From Actinomycetota bacterium (GTDB lineage Bacteria; Actinomycetota; UBA4738; JBJMLN01), in assembly GCA_045805285.1 (NCBI GenBank), contig JBJMLN010000009.1, positions 4,317-68,316 of the forward strand: 64,000 nt of DNA. Reading direction: 5' to 3'. The notes under the pieces were generated by a model. The model had not been told where the DNA came from. It did no database searches and saw only the letters and a program-made list of their open reading frames with translations. This document shows positions 31,059-39,423 of this stretch, in pieces; position 1 is the first letter of the stretch, and every line of letters begins with the position of its first letter. Position numbers and translations under genes: made by a program.

Positions 31059-32597
31059 GTGCGCATCCGCTTCTCCCTCCTGGTCGTGATGACGGTCGTC
31101 GCGTCGCTCGCTTCCCTTGCAGCGCTGCCCGCCACGGCGTCTGCGGACACCAACTTCACGTTCTACGGCGCCGGATTCGGCCACGGTCTCGGGATGTCGC
31201 AGTGGGGCGCCTTCGGCCTGGCGCAGGACGGCTGGACACATCAGCAGATCCTGACGCACTACTACTCCGACACCACGGTGACGACGTGGACGAAGGCAAT
31301 GCCGCAGGTGCGCGTCGGCCTGACGTCGGGCCGCCAGACGATCCACGTCGAGGCCAAGGGAGGCCCGCTTCCCGTCTCTCTCGCGACGAGCGACGCGAGC
31401 GTCGGCGAGATCCCCTCCGGCGCGGCGTGGACGTTCACCGCCGCGCAGAACGCGTACCGGATCCTCGACGAGCACGGGAACCAAGTCGGCGGCCACCTCT
31501 GGGGCGGAGAGGCCGACGACGTCGTCATCGCTTTGTCTCCGGCGGCTCGCGCCACGGTCCCCGAGGTCGCACACACGTACGCGCGCGGACGGCTCCAGCT
31601 CGGTCTCTACGACTGCGCCGGATGCAAGCTCCGTCTCCTCGCGGTCGTCCCGATGGAGGAGTACCTCTACGGCATCGCCGAGGTGAGCAACAGCTGGCCG
31701 ACCGAGGCGCTGGAGGCTCAAGCGGACGCCGCGCGCACCTACGCGCTGCGCAAGATCCTCACGTACGGCCAGCACCGGCCGGGATGCGACTGCGGCCTCT
31801 ACGCGACGACCGCCGACCAGGTCTACGCCGGCTGGGGCAAGGAGTCCGAGGTCATGGGCGATCGGTGGGTCTCCGCCGTGGACGCGACGGCAGGCGAGGT
31901 CGTGGAGTACGGCGGCCAGCCGATCCAGGCTTTCTACATGGCCTCGAGCGGCGGATACACCGAGAGCAACGAGAACGTCTGGGGTGGCACGCCGCTGCCG
32001 TATCTCCGCGGCGTCTGCGATCCCGGCGACTACGTGCCGGAGAACTCCTCGCGCGCATGGACCGCGACGTTCTCGGCGGCGACGCTCACGTCACGTCTGC
32101 GGCCGTACACCGGCGACATCGGGACGGTGACGTCGTTCGGAAAGGCCAAGCGGGGCGTGTCCGGCCGCATCATGAGCGTCGCGGTTTCCGGAACCGGCGG
32201 CTCCGACGACGTCACGGGCTCGCAGCTCAAGGCGGCGCTGGGTCTCCGCGACGACCGTGTGTGGATCGGCCACGACCGGTTGATCACCGGCGAGATCCGC
32301 GCGCGCTACGACCACTCGATGTGCGCGCCCGGCGCGGCGAAGAGCGCGGAGCGGAGCGTTCCCGGCGGCACCCGTCAGCGGTTCGAGCACGGCGCGATCT
32401 ACGACTCCTCGACGCCGAAGACCGTGTGGCTCCACGGGCCCGTGTACGACTACTACCGCTCGATCGGCGGCCCGGGAGGAGGCGCCGGTTTCCCCACGTC
32501 CGGGATCAAGGGCGGCGGAGGCTCGGGATCCTCGCACGCGACCTTCACGGACGGAACGATCACGTGCGCGAAGGGGAGCGGCTGCACGCTGTCGTGA
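31059..32597 (+). CDS. Secreted SpoIID/LytB-domain protein with LGFP-like C-terminus
   Basis: Signal peptide, GFGHGLGMSQWGA, EEYLYG.AE...ALEAQA.AARTYA, DQVY; C-terminal QRFEHGAIY...HGPV...GFPTS. Confidence 0.87.
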   Translation: MRIRFSLLVVMTVVASLASLAALPATASADTNFTFYGAGFGHGLGMSQWGAFGLAQDGWTHQQILTHYYSDTTVTTWTKAMPQVRVGLTSGRQTIHVEAKGGPLPVSLATSDASVGEIPSGAAWTFTAAQNAYRILDEHGNQVGGHLWGGEADDVVIALSPAARATVPEVAHTYARGRLQLGLYDCAGCKLRLLAVVPMEEYLYGIAEVSNSWPTEALEAQADAARTYALRKILTYGQHRPGCDCGLYATTADQVYAGWGKESEVMGDRWVSAVDATAGEVVEYGGQPIQAFYMASSGGYTESNENVWGGTPLPYLRGVCDPGDYVPENSSRAWTATFSAATLTSRLRPYTGDIGTVTSFGKAKRGVSGRIMSVAVSGTGGSDDVTGSQLKAALGLRDDRVWIGHDRLITGEIRARYDHSMCAPGAAKSAERSVPGGTRQRFEHGAIYDSSTPKTVWLHGPVYDYYRSIGGPGGGAGFPTSGIKGGGGSGSSHATFTDGTITCAKGSGCTLS

Positions 32598-32600
32598 TGC

Positions 32601-33377
32601 TCAGGGTTCCAGCAGCCGACCGACCAGGCCTCTCGGCGGCTCCGGAGCGTTCGAGGTTCCGCGGAACGCCTCCACGAATCCGGCAGTGATCGTCCTCGCT
32701 TGATCGGCGCTCACCGAGGCCGGGCAGGTCTGGATCTTGTTCCACGCCGTCAGCGCCAGCGCGGCGCCCTGCGGCAGTTGCGGGTACGGCGCCATCAGCA
32801 TCCGGTCCTGCGACCGGACGTACGCTCCGAGCGCGTCGACGGCGTCTTTCGGGAGCGCGTCACGGCCGACCTGGCGGTAGTACACGATCACGAACGCGTG
32901 CTCGAGGTTGTGCACGGCTCGCGTCTCCACGAGCGGCCGCGTGTACACCTTCGGCTCGAACGGGAGCGGCGAGGGATCGTGGTAGCCGGACGTCGCGGGA
33001 TGGCGCGCGTAGTCGTACGCCTCTCCGGGTTGGAGATGCAGGCCGCCGACCGCTTGGGACTGCGGGATCGGCGACGTGACGACGGAACAGCCCGCGCTTT
33101 TCGCGGCCGCGACCGCGGATGCCGGAACCGGCTTCGGACCGGCCGCGGGAAAGAACAGCACGTAGCCGATAAGCCCGACGACGCCGATCACGAGGAGTCC
33201 ACGGAGCGGTCCTCGTTCGCGGCCGTCGCGCGACGCTCGGCCCCGGCGCGGCCGTTCGTCGCGCTTCGGCGTCTGCCCGCGGGGAGCGCTCTTCTCCGCG
33301 GGCTTCTGTCCGGCGGGGGGTCCCGCTCCCGCGCGGCCGGCCTTTCCGCGCCGGCGTGACTTCTTGTTCCCGGCCAC
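32601..33377 (-). CDS. DUF3105-like membrane-anchored protein
   Basis: Basic N-tail, TM, Y..HPATSGYH, AVHNLEHA..VYY, ALTAW, APEP. Confidence 0.8.
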   Translation of the reverse strand: MAGNKKSRRRGKAGRAGAGPPAGQKPAEKSAPRGQTPKRDERPRRGRASRDGRERGPLRGLLVIGVVGLIGYVLFFPAAGPKPVPASAVAAAKSAGCSVVTSPIPQSQAVGGLHLQPGEAYDYARHPATSGYHDPSPLPFEPKVYTRPLVETRAVHNLEHAFVIVYYRQVGRDALPKDAVDALGAYVRSQDRMLMAPYPQLPQGAALALTAWNKIQTCPASVSADQARTITAGFVEAFRGTSNAPEPPRGLVGRLLEP

Positions 33378-33386
33378 GCGAGGGCG

Positions 33387-34157
33387 CTACTCGCCCTTGA
33401 TGAAGTGGAACGACGACGGCACCGGAGACGGGACGTCGGAGGGAGCCCCGTACGCGAGGACGATCTCCTCGTGCTCCTTCAGCGGGATCGCTCGCGGGTC
33501 CGGAACGAGCTTGCCGTTCACGAACGCCTGCAGCGTCTGGTTGCCGTTCGTGCAGTAGCCGCCGACGCACGCGTCCGTCAGCCGAACGCCCCAGACGTCG
33601 AAGAACTGTCCGAGGGTGTACGCGTCGTTCGTCGGCGCCTCCACGTGGATCGTCGCGGAGTCCGACGTCGTCGTCACCGTCGAATCGTGCGTGTGGATCG
33701 GCGAGCTGTACGTGCTGCCGATGCCGACGTCTGCGGGAACCGCCACCTTGTTGCCGTCGACGTAGATGTCGAGGTGCGCGTGGATGTGCTGCTTGATCGC
33801 CATCGACTGTCCGAGCGCCGGGAGCCCGATCGCCTTCAGGCGGTCGAGGAGATCCGCGGTGTTCGCCGGCCACGGAGCGCTGGAGGTGAGCATCCCCGGC
33901 AGCTCCTGGGATCCCGAGCCCTGTGTCGCCGCGATGAGAGCGGTCGCGCCACCGAGCACGATCAGGGCGACGAGCGCGATGCCGGTCCAGCGCATCCGGC
34001 GCCGGCGGACCATCCGGCGTTGGAGGCGCTCCCGCTCCAGCCGGGCTTCCTCCTTGCGCGCCTTCCGGTTCGGGCCGCCCTCCTCGTCGGCGGGACGGAC
34101 CTGGACGCGCGGCGGCGTCTGCCGGTCGCCGTCGCCTGATCTGGATTTCTTGGCCAT
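33387..34157 (-). CDS. Membrane-anchored His-motif hypothetical protein (paralogue A)
   Basis: Basic N-tail, TM, HIHAHLDIYVDG, HTHD, IHVE, YTLGQFFDVWGV. Confidence 0.82.
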   Translation of the reverse strand: MAKKSRSGDGDRQTPPRVQVRPADEEGGPNRKARKEEARLERERLQRRMVRRRRMRWTGIALVALIVLGGATALIAATQGSGSQELPGMLTSSAPWPANTADLLDRLKAIGLPALGQSMAIKQHIHAHLDIYVDGNKVAVPADVGIGSTYSSPIHTHDSTVTTTSDSATIHVEAPTNDAYTLGQFFDVWGVRLTDACVGGYCTNGNQTLQAFVNGKLVPDPRAIPLKEHEEIVLAYGAPSDVPSPVPSSFHFIKGE

Positions 34158-34315
34158 GGACGAGAACCTCGGAACGCGGGTCGGCGCCTGGGCGCGCCCG
34201 TCTCTCGAGGAAAGAGCTTACGAGGCTCGGTCGGGTTACGGCGGCGGTAGCATGACCCTTCCCTTCGCCGGGTCGGGCCGGCGAAGCGTTTCCAGGACGA
34301 CGCGAGGATCGACCG

Positions 34316-35191
34316 ATGGCGAAGAAACGGAAGCAACGCCGTCCCCGGACGGTTCCGGCGCAGGCCGGCGCGGCTCGGCCGGCCGACCGCCAGGCCGGAG
34401 GCGAGGGCGGCCGCCGCGAGGAGCGTGACTCAGGCCCCTCGCGCGGAAGCGCCGACGGTCCGGCCGGGCCCGGACAGGCCCCGCGCGCGGCACGTAAGGA
34501 GGAGGCGCGTCAGCAGCGCGACCGCATCCGCCGTCAGGTGTCTCGCCGTCGCCGCACGCGCCAGGGAGGCATCGCGCTCGTCGCGATCGTCCTGGTCGGT
34601 GTCATCGCGTATCTCGTCAGCAACAACAGTCAGACGTCCACTCCGAAGGCGCAGCCGGATCAGCTGACCGGCCTGAGCACCGGCCCGCCGCCGTGGCCGG
34701 CGAAGCTCGACGGGCTGTACCAGCGGCTCCAGGCGATCGGCCTCCCCCCCCAAGCGGTCGAGGGGCAGGGGCTCCACTCGGACCAGCATCTCGACATCTA
34801 CGTCGACGGGCGCCCCGTCCAGATTCCGCAGGGGATCGGGATACCGCCCGGCTATCGAGGCGACCCGGGAACGACCCCGACAGACTTCATCTCGATCCTG
34901 CACACACACGACACCAGCGGGACCGTGCACGTCGAGGCCCCGTCAGTGACGCAGTACACGCTGGGGGAGTTCTTCGACGTGTGGGGCGTCAAGTTCACGC
35001 CGCAGTGTCTCGGGAGCCTCTGCGAGACGAAGGACAAGAAGATCGAGGTCTACGTCAACGGAAAGCTTCAGACGGGCGACCCAACGAAGGTCTCGTTCAG
35101 CCTCGAGCCGCTCTCGCAGGAGATCGTGCTGACCTACGGGACGAAGGCGGAGCTGCCGAACCCGATCCCGTCTCAGATCCCGGGCGCGTAG
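34316..35191 (+). CDS. Membrane-anchored His-motif hypothetical protein (paralogue B)
   Basis: Basic N-tail, TM, HSDQHLDIYVDG, HTHDTSGTVHVE, YTLGEFFDVWGV. Confidence 0.82.
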   Translation: MAKKRKQRRPRTVPAQAGAARPADRQAGGEGGRREERDSGPSRGSADGPAGPGQAPRAARKEEARQQRDRIRRQVSRRRRTRQGGIALVAIVLVGVIAYLVSNNSQTSTPKAQPDQLTGLSTGPPPWPAKLDGLYQRLQAIGLPPQAVEGQGLHSDQHLDIYVDGRPVQIPQGIGIPPGYRGDPGTTPTDFISILHTHDTSGTVHVEAPSVTQYTLGEFFDVWGVKFTPQCLGSLCETKDKKIEVYVNGKLQTGDPTKVSFSLEPLSQEIVLTYGTKAELPNPIPSQIPGA

Positions 35192-35197
35192 CCCGAG

Positions 35198-35530
35198 CTA
35201 CTCCTCCGTCTTCGCCGGCGGGTACTTGAACTCGAGCGGGTCCGCGCCGATGCGCGTCGCGATCCGGCCAAGAGCGAAGATGACGAATACCCCGATGACC
35301 GTGATGAGGATCGCGTACAGGAACAGCGCCACGACACGCCCCCCCGGGCCGAGATAGTGCGTGAACAGCGCCGTGAGCGCAGAGTTCCACGCGAGCGCGG
35401 CCACGACCCCGAGTGCGGTCGTGAGGAGCGAGATCACGGTCGCGACGAACTCCCGCGAGTAGCGGCCCGCGCTCCGCCCGGCTCGTCCGATCGGGGAGAG
35501 CTCCCCGGTGTCCTTGCGCTGGTCGCTCAT
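35198..35530 (-). CDS. Small membrane protein (DUF5654-like)
   Basis: LLTTALGVVAALAWN...FLYAILITVI. GGAGG RBS before ATG 35530. Confidence 0.75.
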   Translation of the reverse strand: MSDQRKDTGELSPIGRAGRSAGRYSREFVATVISLLTTALGVVAALAWNSALTALFTHYLGPGGRVVALFLYAILITVIGVFVIFALGRIATRIGADPLEFKYPPAKTEE

Positions 35531-35719
35531 CGGTGCCTCCTGACGGGTTCTGAACGTCCGGCGCGAGGATAGTGGCGAGCGCGGCTCCGATGCGGCCCGC
35601 ATTGCGCGCCGGCGGAGGAGCCTCCTATCCTGTGCGCGCCTTCCCCGTCGGCCGGGAGTTCCCGGTGCCGTCGCGGCGCTTGACCGTGGCCGAGAAGCCG
35701 GGAGTGAGGGGGCGCCGCA

Positions 35720-37132
35720 ATGGCACGGACGGAAGCTCCGCCGGGAGCGGCGAGCGGACTCGATCGCTACTTCCGAATCAGCCAGCGAGGCTCGACCATC
35801 CGCACGGACGTCATCGCGGGCGTCGCCACCTGGCTGACCATGGCCTACATCCTGTTCGTGAACCCGACGATCCTCGGCTTCCTGGGGATCCCCGGCCTGC
35901 AGGGCCACGGCCTCCCCTTCGATCAGGTGCTGACCGTGACGGCGCTGGTCGCGGGCGTCCTGACGATCGCCATGGGCGTCTACGCTAACTATCCGTTCGC
36001 CCTCGCGGCGGGGCTCGGTCTCAACGCGTTCGTCGCGTTCGGCCTCGTCGCGGGCCACGGGCTGTCGTTCCCCGATGCGATGGGCGTGATCGTCGCAGAA
36101 GGGATCCTGATCACGATCCTCGTGCTGACGGGCCTGCGGGAGGCGATCCTCAACGCGATCCCGATGGACCTCAAGCGCGCGATCGGGATCGGCATCGGCC
36201 TGTTCATCGCGTTCATCGGCCTCGTGAACGCCGGCATCGTCGTTCACCCCGCGGGCGGAGAGCCGATCGTGACGATCGCCTCGGACCTCAGCACCCTCCG
36301 CATCCTGGTCTTCGCCATCGGCCTCGCGATCACCGCCGCGCTCGTGGCGCGCCGGGTCCGCGGAGCGCTGTTGATCGGGATCGCGGTCACCACGATCGTT
36401 GCGACGGTCATCAACGAGATCTGGGGGAACCTCGGTCTTTGGGCGAGCACCCCCGGCGTCGCCGCGGTGCCGCACAAGATCGTTGCGGCGCCCGACTTCA
36501 CCCTCGTCGGCAACTTCTCGTTCCATTTCTGGAGCGCTCTCGGGGGGTGGACGGCGATCGCCGTCGTGCTTTCCGTGATGCTGTCGGACTTCTTCGACAC
36601 GATGGGCACCGTGATCGGCATCGGAGGAGAGGCCGGACTGCTGGACGAGCGCGGCCGGCTCCCCGGCATCAACCGCGTGCTGCTCGTCGACTCGCTCGCG
36701 GCCGTCGCGGGCGGAGCGGCGTCGGCGTCGTCGAACACCACGTTCATCGAGAGCGCCGCGGGCGTCTCCGAGGGCGGCCGCACGGGACTCACCTCGGTCG
36801 TGGTCGGCGTGCTGTTCCTGCTCTCGCTGTTCTTCTCACCGCTCGCGGGCGTGATTCCGCCGGAGGCGACGGCGCCGGTCCTGATCATCGTCGGCTACTT
36901 CATGATGACGCTCGTCCGCGACATCGACTGGCACGATCCGGGGATCGGCATCCCGGCGCTGCTCACGATGGTCGTGATGCCGTTCACCTTCTCGATCACC
37001 AACGGCGTGGGTGCGGGGTTCCTCTCCTACACCGTGATCGAGGTGCTCCGCGGCCGGGCGCTGAAGGTGCACCCGCTGATGTACGTCGTGTCAGCCGTCT
37101 TCCTCTGGTACTTCATCCACGGCGTCGTCTGA
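35720..37132 (+). CDS. NCS2/AzgA-type purine permease
   Basis: TMAYILFVNP, GLGLNAF, DFFDTMGT, FIESAAGV.EGGRTG, MPFTFSI.NG. Confidence 0.92.
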   Translation: MARTEAPPGAASGLDRYFRISQRGSTIRTDVIAGVATWLTMAYILFVNPTILGFLGIPGLQGHGLPFDQVLTVTALVAGVLTIAMGVYANYPFALAAGLGLNAFVAFGLVAGHGLSFPDAMGVIVAEGILITILVLTGLREAILNAIPMDLKRAIGIGIGLFIAFIGLVNAGIVVHPAGGEPIVTIASDLSTLRILVFAIGLAITAALVARRVRGALLIGIAVTTIVATVINEIWGNLGLWASTPGVAAVPHKIVAAPDFTLVGNFSFHFWSALGGWTAIAVVLSVMLSDFFDTMGTVIGIGGEAGLLDERGRLPGINRVLLVDSLAAVAGGAASASSNTTFIESAAGVSEGGRTGLTSVVVGVLFLLSLFFSPLAGVIPPEATAPVLIIVGYFMMTLVRDIDWHDPGIGIPALLTMVVMPFTFSITNGVGAGFLSYTVIEVLRGRALKVHPLMYVVSAVFLWYFIHGVV

Positions 37133-38416
37133 ACGAACGAGGAGATGCTCCCCGAGGTCGAGCGACGGTCTCGGGGGAGGGTTCCCCCGCGGCGGAGGAC
37201 CGACCGCGACCGACCCGAGGGGGATCCAGTCGTCGTCGAGGCCGAGGTCGTCGCGCGTCTCCTGCGCGCAGAACAGCGTGGAGGAGATCCAACTCGAGGC
37301 GATGCCCTGCGCGTGCAGCCCGAGGAGAAGGCTCTGGATCGCGGCGCCGCCGGAGAGCATGAACATGTCGCGTTCCGCGGCGCTCCGTTCGGCGTCGGGA
37401 TAGGAGTGCGCTCCGCGGAGCCGGATCAGCGGCACGATCAGCACCGGCGCCGCGCCGAGCACCGCATCGGACTTCGCGATGCGCCTGGCGATGACGTGCT
37501 CCGGCGTTTCGTCCCGCTCGAGGTCGGCGCGCCACGCGACGGCCATCGCCGAGAGGAGCCGCTTCTTCGCGGCGGCTGAGGTGACGGCGACGAACAACCA
37601 CGGCCGCGTGTGGTGGGGCGCCGGGGCGGTGCACGCCGCTCGAACCGCCTCCTCGAGGGCGCCCGTCGGCACCTTCCCGGAGCCGAACGAGCGGATCGTC
37701 CTCCGCGCCGAGATCGCTTGGAGCGGCGACTCCCGGAACAGATCCTCCTCGGGAGGCCGGACGATCTCGTGGGCGTTCGTCGGTTGCGCGCCCGCGGTGA
37801 CGACTCCGCGGACGATCGCCACGGGCACACGCGCCGCCTTGCCCATGACGAGCCCGGCCGCCGCCGCGACCTGATCGGCGAGCGCAACGATCGTCGCATC
37901 GAGCGTGCGGCCGGTGTGGTCGGCGGTGCCACGGAGATCGATCAGCGCCGGGAGCCCGGCCGCACCGATCGCGACGTCGACGACGCCGCGCCGCCATGCG
38001 CGCCCGAACGTGTCGGTGACGACGACGCGGATGTCCACCCCGGCCTCCACCGAAAGGCGCTTGCGGAGCTCCTCCGCGGATCGGTCGGGGTCCTCCGGCA
38101 GGAGCGACAGCCATCCGTCCGCCACGTTCGACGCGTCGACGCCCGCGTTCGCGCAGACGAAGCCGTGCGCGGTCTCGGAGATGACGACGTCCTCACGCGA
38201 CGCGACGACTCGACGAGTCTCCCGCCGGACCCATTGGTCGCGGTCGTCGGACTGCACGAGGCGCCCCTCCGCCTTGGAGACGACCTTCTGCGTCACCGCG
38301 ACGATGTCGCCCGCCCGGAGCTCCGAGGCGGGGATCGCGGCGCTCACGACGGCGGCGAGGTCGTCGCCGGGGTGGATCTCCGGGATGCCCTCGACGGGCA
38401 GGACGCTGATCGTCAC
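37091..38416 (-). CDS. fbiB: Coenzyme F420-0:L-glutamate ligase fused to nitroreductase domain
   Basis: PEIHPGDDL, TQKVVSKAEG, ANAGVDASN, TDTFGRAWR; C-terminal RRTIR, APAPHHTRPW. GTGA overlap with the fbiA stop. Confidence 0.93.
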   Translation of the reverse strand: MTISVLPVEGIPEIHPGDDLAAVVSAAIPASELRAGDIVAVTQKVVSKAEGRLVQSDDRDQWVRRETRRVVASREDVVISETAHGFVCANAGVDASNVADGWLSLLPEDPDRSAEELRKRLSVEAGVDIRVVVTDTFGRAWRRGVVDVAIGAAGLPALIDLRGTADHTGRTLDATIVALADQVAAAAGLVMGKAARVPVAIVRGVVTAGAQPTNAHEIVRPPEEDLFRESPLQAISARRTIRSFGSGKVPTGALEEAVRAACTAPAPHHTRPWLFVAVTSAAAKKRLLSAMAVAWRADLERDETPEHVIARRIAKSDAVLGAAPVLIVPLIRLRGAHSYPDAERSAAERDMFMLSGGAAIQSLLLGLHAQGIASSWISSTLFCAQETRDDLGLDDDWIPLGSVAVGPPPRGNPPPRPSLDLGEHLLVRSDDAVDEVPEEDG

Positions 38417-39354
38417 AGCAAACCGAGGGCGGCGCGCGCCACGGACTCCGCGACCGCGTCGCTCTCCATCACGGTGTCGGTGACGGCGCAACGCATGCCG
38501 AGCGCCTCGATCCGCGGCGCCAGCTCGCGGTCGCGTTCGTCGATGACCCAGCCGGACACCAGACCGCGATACGCCTCCGCCGCACCCGCAGCGGAGACCT
38601 CGAGGCCCGCGACGGGCATCAGGCGATCCGCCATCCCTCGCAGCGGTGCGCCCGCGACGATGGGGGAGACGCCGACGGCGCTGTCTCGTCGCTCGCGCAC
38701 GGCATCGGCGATCCCGGGAACGGCGAGGATCGGTCCGATCGACGCGACGGGGTTGGAGGGACAGACGACGACGGCGTCGGCGGCTCGGATCGCCTCGAGC
38801 ACGCCGGGCCCTGCGGTCGCCTCGGACGCGCCGGAGTAGCGCACGCCCTTGACGTCGTCGCGCGCACCGCGGAGGACCCAGTACTCCTGGAAATGGAGAT
38901 CCAGCGGTCGCCCCTGCTCGTCGACGGCGTCGATCCGCGTCGTGACGGTGTCCTCCGTCATCGGCAGCACCTGCGAGCGCACGCCGAAGCGCTCCGCGAG
39001 CGCGCGCGTCACGGAGGCGGCTCCGTCGCCGCGGCCGAGCGCGGCCGTCCGGTACAGGTGCGTCGCGAGGTCGAGGTCGCCGAGGCCGAACCAGGCGTCG
39101 GGCGCCTCCATCCGGCGGAGCTCCTCCGTCCCGCGGAACGTCTCGTCGGCGCGGCCCCATCCGCGCTCCCGGTCCATCAGCCCGGCGAGCCAGTAGAGAA
39201 CGGAGTCGACGTCCGGGGAGATCCGCAGGCCGTGCATCTCCACGTCGTCGGCCGTGTTCACGATGACCGTGACGTCCTCGGCCGGAACGGCGCGGACGAG
39301 GCCGCGGAGGAACTTCCCTGCCCCGATGCCGCCCGCGAGCGCGGTGACCTGCAT
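38413..39354 (-). CDS. fbiA: 2-phospho-L-lactate transferase (CofD)
   Basis: LAGGIGAGKF, NTADD, SPDVD, WFGLGD.DLATH, HFQEYWV, PSNPVASI. Confidence 0.94.
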   Translation of the reverse strand: MQVTALAGGIGAGKFLRGLVRAVPAEDVTVIVNTADDVEMHGLRISPDVDSVLYWLAGLMDRERGWGRADETFRGTEELRRMEAPDAWFGLGDLDLATHLYRTAALGRGDGAASVTRALAERFGVRSQVLPMTEDTVTTRIDAVDEQGRPLDLHFQEYWVLRGARDDVKGVRYSGASEATAGPGVLEAIRAADAVVVCPSNPVASIGPILAVPGIADAVRERRDSAVGVSPIVAGAPLRGMADRLMPVAGLEVSAAGAAEAYRGLVSGWVIDERDRELAPRIEALGMRCAVTDTVMESDAVAESVARAALGLL

Positions 39355-39423
39355 CCGCTCACGATACCGACCCACGCGCCGGCGACGGCGGGGCGTCCGA
39401 GGAGCCCGTAGTACGCTCGCCCG

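Noticed and set aside
35570-35719. Canonical purine riboswitch upstream of the NCS2 permease
   Set aside because: The conserved core (UUUCUACC, CCGUAAA, loop-loop motifs) is absent.
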